From positions 1 to 63,729 of the forward strand of contig CALVRM010000021.1 of the NCBI GenBank assembly GCA_944358695.1: a stretch of DNA of 63,729 nucleotides, given 5' to 3'. The notes beneath the pieces are model-generated. The model saw only the letters and a list, made by a program, of their open reading frames with translations, was not told where the DNA came from and ran no database searches. The stretch comes from an uncultured Bacilli bacterium. GTDB taxonomy: Bacteria > Bacillota_I > Bacilli_A > RF39 > UBA660. Positions 29,819-39,863 of the stretch are shown here, one piece after another (the stretch's first letter is position 1; every line of letters begins with the position of its first letter). The translations under genes were made by a program, and so were the position numbers.

Positions 29819-30721
29819 ATGGACAAAGTTGGTATTCCACGCGGTATTTTTTATTATTATTATGGGGATATTTGGAAAAGTTTCTTTGATTATTTAAAAA
29901 TCCCTTATATTATAAGCCCTAGTACTAATAAGGAGATTATGCTTTTAGGAACCAAATATTCAAATGACGAAATGTGTTTAGCGTTAAAAACATATTTAGG
30001 TCATGTTAGTTATTTAGAAGACAAATGTGATTATATCCTAGTACCGCGAATCGATAACTTCGGCTTGGACAATCAAACTTGTACAAATTTCTTGAGTGCT
30101 TACGATATAGTTCAAAACACTTTTAATATAAAAACTTTGAATTATAACATTGATCTTGAAAAACATGAAACTTTAAAAAGAGGACTAATTAAAATAGGAA
30201 AGATTTTAAACAAAAAACATTCTGAATTAGTAAAAGCTTATAAGTATGCAATGAAAAAATATAAAGAGAAACGCGAATCCGAAATAATGCTGAATTTTAA
30301 TAAATTAAATTCAAGCAAAGTGAAAATTCTTTTGATAAGTCATCCTTATAATACCTATGATGACTTAATCGGTAAAGATATCATAAAATATCTGGAAAAA
30401 AACGATGTAGAAATTATTTTTAGCGATAAGCTTGATGAAAATCTCACTAATAAACTTAGTGAAAGAATATCAAAAGACTTATATTTTAAATATTCTAAAG
30501 ACAATATTGGCGCGCTGGAACTAACAAAAGGTAAAATTAATGGCGTTATATTTTTATCAGCTTTCCCATGCGGACCAGATTCTCTAGTTAATGAATTAGC
30601 AATGCGTAAGATTAATCTTCCATATATAAATTTAGTTTTAGATGATAACTCATCATTTACCGGAACGGAAACTCGTTTAGAAAGTTTTGTCGATATGTTG
30701 AAAGGGGATATCCATGAATAA
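29819..30721 (+). CDS. DUF2229 CoA-activase-related protein
   Basis: VGIPRG, MCLALKTYLGH, ILVPRI, HPYNTYD, FPCGPD. Confidence 0.85.
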   Translation: MDKVGIPRGIFYYYYGDIWKSFFDYLKIPYIISPSTNKEIMLLGTKYSNDEMCLALKTYLGHVSYLEDKCDYILVPRIDNFGLDNQTCTNFLSAYDIVQNTFNIKTLNYNIDLEKHETLKRGLIKIGKILNKKHSELVKAYKYAMKKYKEKRESEIMLNFNKLNSSKVKILLISHPYNTYDDLIGKDIIKYLEKNDVEIIFSDKLDENLTNKLSERISKDLYFKYSKDNIGALELTKGKINGVIFLSAFPCGPDSLVNELAMRKINLPYINLVLDDNSSFTGTETRLESFVDMLKGDIHE

Positions 30722-31775
30722 ATTATCTTATCCATTAATGGGCGATTATCATATTCCCGCAAAGTTTTTACTTTCCCATGTTTTAAAAATTGACATAATA
30801 ACGCCGCCGCCAATATCCAATAAAACAATTGAACTTGGTACAAAATATAGTCCAGAGTTTGTATGTACTCCATTCAAATACACCCTTGGAACGATGTTAG
30901 AATCAATCGAAAAAGGTGCGAATTGTTTAGTTCAAATGGGTGGTGGTTGTCGTTATGGCTATTATGGAGAAGTACAAGCGCAAATTTTAAGTGATTTAGG
31001 GTATAATGTTACTTTGATAAATTTAGTTACTAAAGGAAAAACCGATATTAAAAGAATTGTCAAAGAGTTTAAGAAAATCGATCCTAAGTTTAGCCGCTTA
31101 AAGGCATTATACTATACTTTTATTACTTTAAAAATGGTTAAATATATGGATCATGTTGACGAATATATAAGATCTAATATTGGCTTTGAAATTGAAAAAG
31201 GCGCTTTTGAATCTTTAAAATTTAAAATGTTGCGGGATTTTCAAAAAGTAAAAAGTTATCGTGAATTACATAGAAAATATCATTTTTATCTTAAAGAATT
31301 TAAAAACATTAAAGTTCATAAACCAGATGATTGTTTGAAAATTGGCATTATTGGTGAACTTTATACAATAATGGAACCTTTTTCTAATTATTTTTTAGAA
31401 AAAGAATTAGCGCAAAATCATATTGAAATTAAAAGATTTACAAATGTTCACTATTTATTATTCGAAAAAAGTTTTAAGATAAGAAAATATCTTAAAGATA
31501 CCAAAAAATACATTAAATATAAAATGGGAGCAGATGCGAGTGACAATATAGCTAGGACAAAATATCTTTGTGAACATAAGTATGATGGTATCATTCATAT
31601 AAAGTCATCATTTTGTACTCCAGAAATAGGCGCTATGCCGATAATTAATAAAATAGCTAATAATTATGGGGTTCCAGTTTTATTTTTTAGTTTTGATGCC
31701 AACACCTCAGAAACTGGAATTAAAACAAGGTTAGAAGCATTTTACGATATGTTAGAAATGAGGCGAGGAAAATGA
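30714..31775 (+). CDS. 2-hydroxyacyl-CoA dehydratase-like subunit
   Basis: CTPFKYTLG, GGCRYGYY, IGIIGELY, SFCTPE. Confidence 0.8.
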   Translation: MNKLSYPLMGDYHIPAKFLLSHVLKIDIITPPPISNKTIELGTKYSPEFVCTPFKYTLGTMLESIEKGANCLVQMGGGCRYGYYGEVQAQILSDLGYNVTLINLVTKGKTDIKRIVKEFKKIDPKFSRLKALYYTFITLKMVKYMDHVDEYIRSNIGFEIEKGAFESLKFKMLRDFQKVKSYRELHRKYHFYLKEFKNIKVHKPDDCLKIGIIGELYTIMEPFSNYFLEKELAQNHIEIKRFTNVHYLLFEKSFKIRKYLKDTKKYIKYKMGADASDNIARTKYLCEHKYDGIIHIKSSFCTPEIGAMPIINKIANNYGVPVLFFSFDANTSETGIKTRLEAFYDMLEMRRGK

Positions 31776-32707
31776 GAAATTGTTATTTAGGGGTAGATAT
31801 TGGTTCAATCTCAACTAAAGGTGTAATTATTGATGAAGAAAATAATATTATTACATCTTGTTATATATGGACTGAGGGTAATCCGGTAAAAGCGGTTCGA
31901 AATTTAATTAGAAATATCAAAGAAGAAATACCAGAGGATTGTGTAATTAAAGGCATTGGGACCACGGGCAGTGCTCGAAAGTTAATTGGTTTAATGTTAA
32001 AAGCTAATATTGTAAAAAATGAAATTACCGCCCATGCCGTTGGAACTTTAACTTTTTATCCAAATGTTCGCACAATTCTCGAAATCGGTGGCCAGGATTC
32101 TAAAATAATTTTAATCAGAAATGGAATTATCACTAATTATGCGATGAATACTTTATGCGCAGCTGGTACCGGATCCTTTCTTTCAAGCCAAGCTAAAAGA
32201 CTGGGCTTAGATGTTAATGAATTTGGGAAATATGCTTTAAAATCTAAAAATCCAGTTAAAATAGCTGCTAGATGTACTGTTTTTGCTGAATCAGATTTAG
32301 TTCACAAAGCCCAAGTTGGATATCCTAAGGAAGATATCGTAGCTGGATTGTGTAAAAGCATTGTCTTAAATTATTTAAATAATGTCGGTAAAGGGAAAAA
32401 AATAGAAGCACCGATAATCTTTCAAGGTGGCGTTTCTAAAAATGAAGGAGTAGTTAAATACTTTAAGGAAGTATTGAATGAAGACATTATAGTTGATAAA
32501 AATAGTCATTTGATGGGAGCAATTGGGATTGCCGTTTTAGCGCGAAAAAATAAGGTAGGAAAAACATATTCTTTAGAATTAAGTAATGTGAAGTTCGATA
32601 CTAAAGCAATGGAATGCACAAGATGCTCAAATAATTGTGAATTATTAAAAATATATCGAAATAACGAATTAGTTGATTCCTGGGGCAGTAAATGCGGAAA
32701 ATATTAA
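31772..32707 (+). CDS. Acyl-CoA dehydratase activase (ASKHA ATPase)
   Basis: LGVDIGSISTK, NEITAH, EIGGQDSK, MNTLCAAGTGSF, RCTVFAESD; C-terminal CxxCxNxC...GxxC. Confidence 0.92.
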   Translation: MRNCYLGVDIGSISTKGVIIDEENNIITSCYIWTEGNPVKAVRNLIRNIKEEIPEDCVIKGIGTTGSARKLIGLMLKANIVKNEITAHAVGTLTFYPNVRTILEIGGQDSKIILIRNGIITNYAMNTLCAAGTGSFLSSQAKRLGLDVNEFGKYALKSKNPVKIAARCTVFAESDLVHKAQVGYPKEDIVAGLCKSIVLNYLNNVGKGKKIEAPIIFQGGVSKNEGVVKYFKEVLNEDIIVDKNSHLMGAIGIAVLARKNKVGKTYSLELSNVKFDTKAMECTRCSNNCELLKIYRNNELVDSWGSKCGKY

Positions 32708-32816
32708 AAGGCTTTTTTATATTTAGTATTTATATAGACACATATATATAAAATATTTGACATAAATTAAATATTAGTGTATAAGTGTTATTAGCTTGAT
32801 AAAAAGGAAGTGAATT

Positions 32817-34847
32817 ATGGGAAAGAATTTAGTGATAGTCGAATCTCCGACAAAAGTAAAAAATATTAGTCAATATTTAGGACCTGATTATATAGTTTCA
32901 TCAAGTAAAGGGCATATTAGAGATTTATCTACTAAAGGGCAATATGGTCTTGGTGTTGATTTAGAAGATCATTTTAAACCCGATTATAAAACTATCAAAG
33001 GGAAAAAGAGCGTTATCGATGAATTAAAAAAAGAAGCCAAAAAAGCTGATAAAGTTTATCTTGCTACTGACTTAGACCGTGAAGGTGAAGCCATTGCTTG
33101 GCATATTTATGATGTTTTAGGCCTTACTCCCGATAATTATAGTCGCGTAGTTTTTAATGAGATTACTCAAAAAGCCATTACAGAGGCATTTAAGCACGAA
33201 AGAAAATTAGATATGGATTATGTCCATAGTCAAGAGACAAGACGTATTTTAGATCGTATCATTGGTTTTCGTTTGAGCAAACTTATTCAATCTAAAACTG
33301 ATGGCAGTAGTGCCGGTCGTGTCCAAAGTGTTGCTTTAAAACTAATAGTTGATCGCGAAAGAGAAATTCAGGCTTTTATACCTGAAGAATATTGGTCAAT
33401 TACCGCTGATTTTAAAGATTTTAAAGCTGATTTATTTGAATATAAACATAAAAAAATCGAAATTAAAAATGAATTAGAAGCCAATGAGATTTTAAACAAA
33501 CTATCAAACGCGTTTGAAATCGAAAGTGTTGATAAGAAATTAAAATCAAAACAGTCAAAATTCCCATTTATCACAAGTACCTTGCAACAAGAAGCTTCTA
33601 ATAAATTAAAATTTGGCGCCAAAAAAACTATGATGATTGCCCAGAAATTATATGAAGGAATTGATTTAGCCAATGAAACAGTTGGATTAATTACTTATAT
33701 GCGTACTGATTCAACTCGTTTAGCTGCTGAATTTGTTGCAAGCACTTATCAGTTTATCGAAACAAAATATGGTAAAGATTATGTAGGCCGTGTAAAAGCC
33801 AGTAAAAAGTCTGATAATGTTCAAGATGCTCATGAAGCTATTAGACCAACTAGTATTCAAAGGACGCCAGAAAGCGTTAAACCATATTTAACTGACGATG
33901 AATTTAAATTATACCGTTTAATTTATTATCGCGCGTTAGCTAGTCTAATGAAAGAGGCAAAAGTGGAAGGAACAACGGTTATTTTAAATAATAATGATTA
34001 CCAATTTAAAGCCACTGGTCAAATTATTGTTTTTGACGGTTATTTAAAAGTTTATGCTGATTATGAAAGTACTAAAGATAATATTTTACCACCTTTTGAT
34101 ACTTATAATTCGAAAATAATAGTTTCTAATGATATAACCAAAGATCAACATTTCACCCAACCTCCGGCAAGATATACAGAAGCTAAATTAATTGAAAAAA
34201 TGGAGGCATTAGGAATCGGACGTCCGAGTACCTATGCAACTATTATTGACAATATTAGAAATAGAGGCTACGTTGATTTAATTGAAAAAAAATTCGCTCC
34301 AACGGACATTGGCTTTGAAGTTACTGATAAACTTCAAGAGTGCTTTAGCCATTTAATTAATGTAAAATATACTGCAAATATGGAAACAGATCTGGACAAA
34401 ATTGCTGAAGGCGAGGAAGTGTGGTATGAAGTTTTAGATAAATTTTATAAAGAATTTGAGCCAGCAGTTAAAGAAGCCTTCGATAAATTACCAAAAAAAG
34501 AGGCAGAAGAAACTGGCGAAATGTGTCCTGAATGTGGTCATCCATTAGTTATTAGGAAAGGAAAATACGGACCATTTGTTGCTTGTAGTAATTTCCCAAC
34601 TTGTAAGTATATTAAACAAGAGCCTAGAGAAGAGACTATTGTTTGTGACTGTCCAAATTGTGAAGAAGGTAAAATCATTGAGCGCAAAAGCAAACGCGGT
34701 AAAATTTTCTATGGTTGTAATAATTATCCAAAATGTAAGACAGCTTACTGGGATAAACCAACCGGCGAAAAATGCCCTGAATGTGGAAGCATGCTGACGG
34801 AAAAAAAAGATAAAATAAAATGCAGTAATTGTGATTATACTAAATAA
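32817..34847 (+). CDS. topA: DNA topoisomerase I
   Basis: IVESP, DREGE, GRVQS, ITYMRTDS, C-terminal zinc ribbons. Confidence 0.98.
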   Translation: MGKNLVIVESPTKVKNISQYLGPDYIVSSSKGHIRDLSTKGQYGLGVDLEDHFKPDYKTIKGKKSVIDELKKEAKKADKVYLATDLDREGEAIAWHIYDVLGLTPDNYSRVVFNEITQKAITEAFKHERKLDMDYVHSQETRRILDRIIGFRLSKLIQSKTDGSSAGRVQSVALKLIVDREREIQAFIPEEYWSITADFKDFKADLFEYKHKKIEIKNELEANEILNKLSNAFEIESVDKKLKSKQSKFPFITSTLQQEASNKLKFGAKKTMMIAQKLYEGIDLANETVGLITYMRTDSTRLAAEFVASTYQFIETKYGKDYVGRVKASKKSDNVQDAHEAIRPTSIQRTPESVKPYLTDDEFKLYRLIYYRALASLMKEAKVEGTTVILNNNDYQFKATGQIIVFDGYLKVYADYESTKDNILPPFDTYNSKIIVSNDITKDQHFTQPPARYTEAKLIEKMEALGIGRPSTYATIIDNIRNRGYVDLIEKKFAPTDIGFEVTDKLQECFSHLINVKYTANMETDLDKIAEGEEVWYEVLDKFYKEFEPAVKEAFDKLPKKEAEETGEMCPECGHPLVIRKGKYGPFVACSNFPTCKYIKQEPREETIVCDCPNCEEGKIIERKSKRGKIFYGCNNYPKCKTAYWDKPTGEKCPECGSMLTEKKDKIKCSNCDYTK

Positions 34848-35121
34848 AGCTGTTTAATTTGTAATATAAAAGATAACCAAAAGGAGTAATCGGTTATCTT
34901 TTATTTTGACAAACTATCATAAAAATGTATAATAAAAGTAGTGATGTGGTTAATTATAAAAATTAAGGTTACCTTTTTATGAAAGTTAACAGTGTTTACA
35001 TTTATTGAAATATTAATACTAACGAAATATGCAATTTAAACACATTTAATTATGTTACACGTTATATTAAAATATAAATAGAAAGGGATCTAATATAGAT
35101 CGAATTGATCATGATTAGATT

Positions 35122-36231
35122 ATGTGTGCTAGTATGGTAAGTAAAGCAAAAAGGAAAGGTCAAGATGAAAAAAGATATAGTTTAATAGTTGCTCCGCGTG
35201 AAGTTGTTGCCAGGCAACTAGGGCTTATTAGAGAAAAGTCAGCTATAAGTATTGAACAAGCTGCCACCCATTTAGGCCTATCAATTGACCAATTAAATAA
35301 TTTAGAAAAGGGTGATTTTACCAGTTTTAATCATGTTTCTCCACATCTTCACAAGTATTTTGACTTTTTAAATGCCACGATGACTAATCTTTATGAAAGC
35401 GAAAAATATTCGGTGGATATTCCCGACACCAAAAACCTCGGAAAAAGTTTGGGTAAGCAAACTTTATGGATGGCCATTGATGCGTATACGACACAATTTC
35501 CAACTAAAGAAGCACTACTAGATGATATTAGAGCTAATGGCTATTTAAATATTGATCCTCATATTCCAAATAAAGATCTATGGGTTTTTATTGAATATCC
35601 CCGTTATAACAATTTTAAACCAATTGCTATTATGTATAGCAATCAAACACATTTAGTTTCTTTTATACGTCAAAATAATTTTAATTATTATTTTCCACTT
35701 GGTAATCCATTTGTCGATAAATTTAATGAAGAAATAAAACAGTTATTTAGGCCGCGACCTAAGAAGAGTGATAATATTGCCCCTGAGTTTCGCAGATTTA
35801 TTCATAGTGGATACTTACCGTATTACAATCGTTCATTAATAGAGGCAGTCAAAAGAGAAAATAATGATCCCGATTACCGGGAAGATCAAGCTTATTTTAG
35901 TAGTACTAGCTTATACCCTAATATCCGTACACATTGTATTATTCATACTCTTTTTGATAAATTCGAGCCTATAATAAATAAAAATATGGTTCCCTTTAAT
36001 GAAAGAACGGGCAGGGAATTTGAAAGATCGAGTTTATCGACATCATCAATATTAGAAACAACTCCGCCAGAATTATCCGCCCCAGCTAAATCGTCTGATA
36101 ATACTTCTAAAATTACAATTTTAAAAGTTCCAATGAGGCCAACAAAAATTGAAAGCAAGCAAATTCCAGGACAAATGGCCATAGATTTTGATTTTGAAGT
36201 AAAAACACCACCAACTTATAGCCGAATGTAA
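35122..36231 (+). CDS. Hypothetical protein with N-terminal XRE-like HTH
   Basis: QLGLIREKSAISIEQAATHLGLSIDQLNNLEKG; start codon uncertain. Confidence 0.65.
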   Translation: MCASMVSKAKRKGQDEKRYSLIVAPREVVARQLGLIREKSAISIEQAATHLGLSIDQLNNLEKGDFTSFNHVSPHLHKYFDFLNATMTNLYESEKYSVDIPDTKNLGKSLGKQTLWMAIDAYTTQFPTKEALLDDIRANGYLNIDPHIPNKDLWVFIEYPRYNNFKPIAIMYSNQTHLVSFIRQNNFNYYFPLGNPFVDKFNEEIKQLFRPRPKKSDNIAPEFRRFIHSGYLPYYNRSLIEAVKRENNDPDYREDQAYFSSTSLYPNIRTHCIIHTLFDKFEPIINKNMVPFNERTGREFERSSLSTSSILETTPPELSAPAKSSDNTSKITILKVPMRPTKIESKQIPGQMAIDFDFEVKTPPTYSRM

Positions 36232-36284
36232 AGTAATAAAAAATTACTTTTTTTCGTGGTATAATTGATAATAAGGTGAGGTTT

Positions 36285-37157
36285 ATGAAAGAAATAGAAA
36301 ATTTTCTAGGTTATTTACAATATGAAAAGCGTTTTTCTAAGCATACTATTTTAAATTATCAAAGAGATCTTTGTGATTTCTTCAAAAATATAAACAAACA
36401 AGTCAAAGACGTTAACCTAGATGACATTAGAAAATTTTTACGAAAACTATATGATAAAAAATATAGTAATAAAACTATATCTAGGAAAATAAGTGCTTTA
36501 AAAAGTTTTTTTAAATATTTAGAAGCCGAAAATAAAATTACAATCAATCCCATGGCTTTAATTAGTAATCCTAAGCAAGAAAAAAAACTTCCAAGTTTCT
36601 TAAATTATAACGATTTAGAACTACTTTTAAAAGCACCAAATTTAAATACTCCAGGTGGTCAAAAAGATGCTTTGATTTTAGAAATGCTTTATTCAACTGG
36701 TATTCGTGTTAGTGAATTAACAAATATAAAATTAGGTGATATTAATTTTAGTGAACAAACAATTCTGATTCTAGGAAAAGGTAACAAAGAAAGATATGTT
36801 TATTATGGCAGTCGTTGCCGTGATTTATTGCAGTTATATATAAATGATGGTCGCAAGATTTTGCCAGACAGTACATACCTTTTTCCAAATAAACATGGGA
36901 AGAAAATAAATGACCGAGTTATTAGAATGATAGTCGATAACAATGCTAAAATAGCTGGGATTAAAGTACATGTAACCCCCCATACTCTAAGACATACTTT
37001 TGCGACACATATGTTAAATGAGGGAGCAGATTTAAAAAGTGTTGGTGATTTATTAGGCCATGAAAACCTATCAACAACCCAAATATATACCCATGTTTCA
37101 AATGAACGACTTAGAAATGTCTATTTAAACACGCATCCTAGGGCAAAAAAACGTTAA
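36285..37157 (+). CDS. xerC: Tyrosine recombinase XerC/CodV
   Basis: LYSTGIRVSEL, GKGNKER, PHTLRHTFATH, LLGHENLSTTQIYTH; downstream of topA. Confidence 0.9.
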   Translation: MKEIENFLGYLQYEKRFSKHTILNYQRDLCDFFKNINKQVKDVNLDDIRKFLRKLYDKKYSNKTISRKISALKSFFKYLEAENKITINPMALISNPKQEKKLPSFLNYNDLELLLKAPNLNTPGGQKDALILEMLYSTGIRVSELTNIKLGDINFSEQTILILGKGNKERYVYYGSRCRDLLQLYINDGRKILPDSTYLFPNKHGKKINDRVIRMIVDNNAKIAGIKVHVTPHTLRHTFATHMLNEGADLKSVGDLLGHENLSTTQIYTHVSNERLRNVYLNTHPRAKKR

Positions 37158-37241
37158 AAATTGTAAAGATTATAAAACTATTAGTTTTTAAAAACCATAA
37201 TTTGATATAATAATAAAAGAATAAAAGGAGCGATCGGATAT

Positions 37242-39863
37242 ATGAAACAATACGTTTACTTATTTAGTGAAGGAAACAAAGATATGCGCAGTATTCTAGG
37301 TGGTAAAGGGGCTAATTTAGCTGAAATGGTAAATATGGGATTACCAGTTCCCAAAGGATTTACGGTAACCACCGAAGCTTGTACAAGATATTATGAAGAA
37401 AATCAACAATTAGATGAATTAGTTCTCAATCAAATAAATGAAGCAGTTGAACGTTTAGAAGCCGTAACTGTAAAACAACTAGGAAATCCAGAAAACCCAC
37501 TTTTACTTTCTGTAAGAAGTGGAGCTCCCGTCAGTATGCCAGGTATGATGGATACTATTTTAAACTTAGGATTAAATGATGAAATTGCTAAAACTTTAGC
37601 TAAAGATGAAGACAGTATTCGTTTTATCTACGATTCCTATCGTCGCTTGATTATGATGTTTGCTGATGTAGTTAAAGGAAAAGATAAGGAAGCCTTTGAA
37701 AAGCTTTTAACAGATAAAAAAGCTTCAAGATGTGTAACTACTGATATCGAATTAACTGCTGAAGACATGTACGATATTGCGATGGAATCTAAAAAGATTT
37801 ACAAAAGATTAACCAAAGAGGCCTTTCCAGAGGATCCAATTGTTCAACTGGTTGAAGCTATTAAAGCCGTTTTCCGTTCTTGGAATACTGAAAGAGCCAA
37901 AATATATCGTCAGATGAATGGTATTAGTGATAAATTAGGAACAGCAGTAAATGTTCAAGAAATGGTTTATGGAAATTTAACTGATGATTCACTAACTGGA
38001 GTAGCCTTTTCGCGAAATCCTTCAACTGGTGATAATAACCTTTATGGGGAATATTTAGAAAAAGCGCAAGGCGAAGATATTGTCTCAGGGGTTAGAACAC
38101 CTAAATCGATTGAGGCTATGGAACGTGATTACCCACATATTTATAAAGATTTAAAAGATATTTCTAAGATTTTAGAACGTCATTATAAAGATATGCAAGA
38201 TATGGAGTTTACGGTTGAAAAAGGGAAACTATACATGTTACAAACCCGAAATGGGAAAAGAACCACTTTAGCAGCTTTAGAAATTGCCACCAGTTTAGTT
38301 AAAGAAGGGTTAATTACTAAAGAAGAAGCATTAATGCGTATCGAACCTGAGAAATTAGATGATCTATTACATCCAACTTTTAATGAAGAAGAATTGAGAA
38401 AGGCCAAAGTGTTAACAACCGGTTTGCCAGCTTCACCAGGAGCCGTATCTGGTGAAATTTATTTCTCCGTCAAAGATGTAGTTAAAGCCAAAGATAGTGG
38501 GCAAGATCCAATATTAGTTAGAATTGAAACCTCGCCAGAAGATATTGAAGGAATGAATAGTGCTGTTGGTATTTTAACTGTTAGAGGCGGGATGACTAGC
38601 CATGCTGCCGTAGTTGCTCGCGGAATAGGTCGCTGTTGTATTAGTGGGTGCCATGAAATTGTAATTGATGAAGAAAATAAAACTTTAAGTTGCAATGGTC
38701 AAGTTTTAAAAGAAGGCGAAAAAATATCCTTGGATGGTTTTACTGGTAAAGTTTATATGGGTGTAATTAAAACTGCGGATTTCAAAATAAATGGAGCTTT
38801 TGAAACCATTATGGAATGGAGCCATCAAATCAAGAAACTTGGTGTTAGAGCTAATGCCGATACAGAGAAAGATGCTAAAACTGCCCTAGATTTTAAGGCC
38901 GAAGGAATTGGACTTTGTCGGACTGAACACATGTTTTTTGAAGAAGATAAAATTTTTGCCATCCGTAAAATGATTTTAGCTACTGATGAAGAGGAAAGAA
39001 AACGAGCATTAAAAGAAATATTACCCATTCAGCGTGATGACTTTGAAAAAATATTTAGAATGATGAGTGGGAAAAAAGTCACGATTAGATATTTAGACCC
39101 ACCTTTACATGAATTTTTACCTAAAAATGAAGTAGAAATATCTAAACTAGCCAAAGCCCTTAAAGTAACCGAAGATTACCTTAAAGAAATTATCGGCAGT
39201 TTAAAAGAATTTAATCCAATGATGGGTCATCGTGGCTGTCGCTTAGCTATTACTTATCCAGAAATTGCTGTAATGCAAACTAGAGCTATAATTGAAGCTG
39301 CAATTACAGTTACAAAACAAGGACATAAAGTTTTACCAGAATTAATGATCCCTCTAATTGGTGATGTCAAAGAATTAGAATACTTAAAAAACATTATTAT
39401 TGAAGAAGCAAATGTGGTTATGCAAGAAAAAAATCAAACTATTAGCTATGAATTGGGAACTATGATTGAAGTTCCTAGGAGCACAATTCAGGCTGATAAA
39501 ATTGCTAAGGAAGTGGAATTTTTCAGTTTTGGAACTAATGATTTAACGCAAATGACATATGGTTTTTCAAGAGATGATACTGGATCTTTCTTAAATGATT
39601 ATTACGAAAAAGGTATTTTTCAAAAAGACCCCTTTAAAATAATTGATAAAGAGGGTGTTGGTAAATTAATTATGGTGGCTATGAAATTAGCTAAAGCTAC
39701 TAATCCAAATGTTGAATTAGGTGTTTGCGGAGAACATGGTGGTAATCCAGAAAGTATTGAATTCTTTCATAAAATCGGTTTAGATTATGTATCTTGTTCA
39801 CCATATCGTGTACCGATTGCCATTTTAGCAGCAGCTAGAGCAGCTATAAAGGAGACCAAATAA
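37242..39863 (+). CDS. ppdK: Pyruvate, phosphate dikinase
   Basis: LGGKGANLAEM, GGMTSHAAVVAR, GLCRTEHMF, GTNDLTQ, GVCGEHGG. Confidence 0.98.
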   Translation: MKQYVYLFSEGNKDMRSILGGKGANLAEMVNMGLPVPKGFTVTTEACTRYYEENQQLDELVLNQINEAVERLEAVTVKQLGNPENPLLLSVRSGAPVSMPGMMDTILNLGLNDEIAKTLAKDEDSIRFIYDSYRRLIMMFADVVKGKDKEAFEKLLTDKKASRCVTTDIELTAEDMYDIAMESKKIYKRLTKEAFPEDPIVQLVEAIKAVFRSWNTERAKIYRQMNGISDKLGTAVNVQEMVYGNLTDDSLTGVAFSRNPSTGDNNLYGEYLEKAQGEDIVSGVRTPKSIEAMERDYPHIYKDLKDISKILERHYKDMQDMEFTVEKGKLYMLQTRNGKRTTLAALEIATSLVKEGLITKEEALMRIEPEKLDDLLHPTFNEEELRKAKVLTTGLPASPGAVSGEIYFSVKDVVKAKDSGQDPILVRIETSPEDIEGMNSAVGILTVRGGMTSHAAVVARGIGRCCISGCHEIVIDEENKTLSCNGQVLKEGEKISLDGFTGKVYMGVIKTADFKINGAFETIMEWSHQIKKLGVRANADTEKDAKTALDFKAEGIGLCRTEHMFFEEDKIFAIRKMILATDEEERKRALKEILPIQRDDFEKIFRMMSGKKVTIRYLDPPLHEFLPKNEVEISKLAKALKVTEDYLKEIIGSLKEFNPMMGHRGCRLAITYPEIAVMQTRAIIEAAITVTKQGHKVLPELMIPLIGDVKELEYLKNIIIEEANVVMQEKNQTISYELGTMIEVPRSTIQADKIAKEVEFFSFGTNDLTQMTYGFSRDDTGSFLNDYYEKGIFQKDPFKIIDKEGVGKLIMVAMKLAKATNPNVELGVCGEHGGNPESIEFFHKIGLDYVSCSPYRVPIAILAAARAAIKETK

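Noticed and set aside
35033-35060. dif-like site near xerC (TTATGTTACAC)
   Set aside because: Only the XerD-like arm resembles dif; the left arm does not, and gene orientation does not switch.
36285-37157. xerC as a prophage or island integrase
   Set aside because: Housekeeping position after topA; no att repeats or phage genes nearby.
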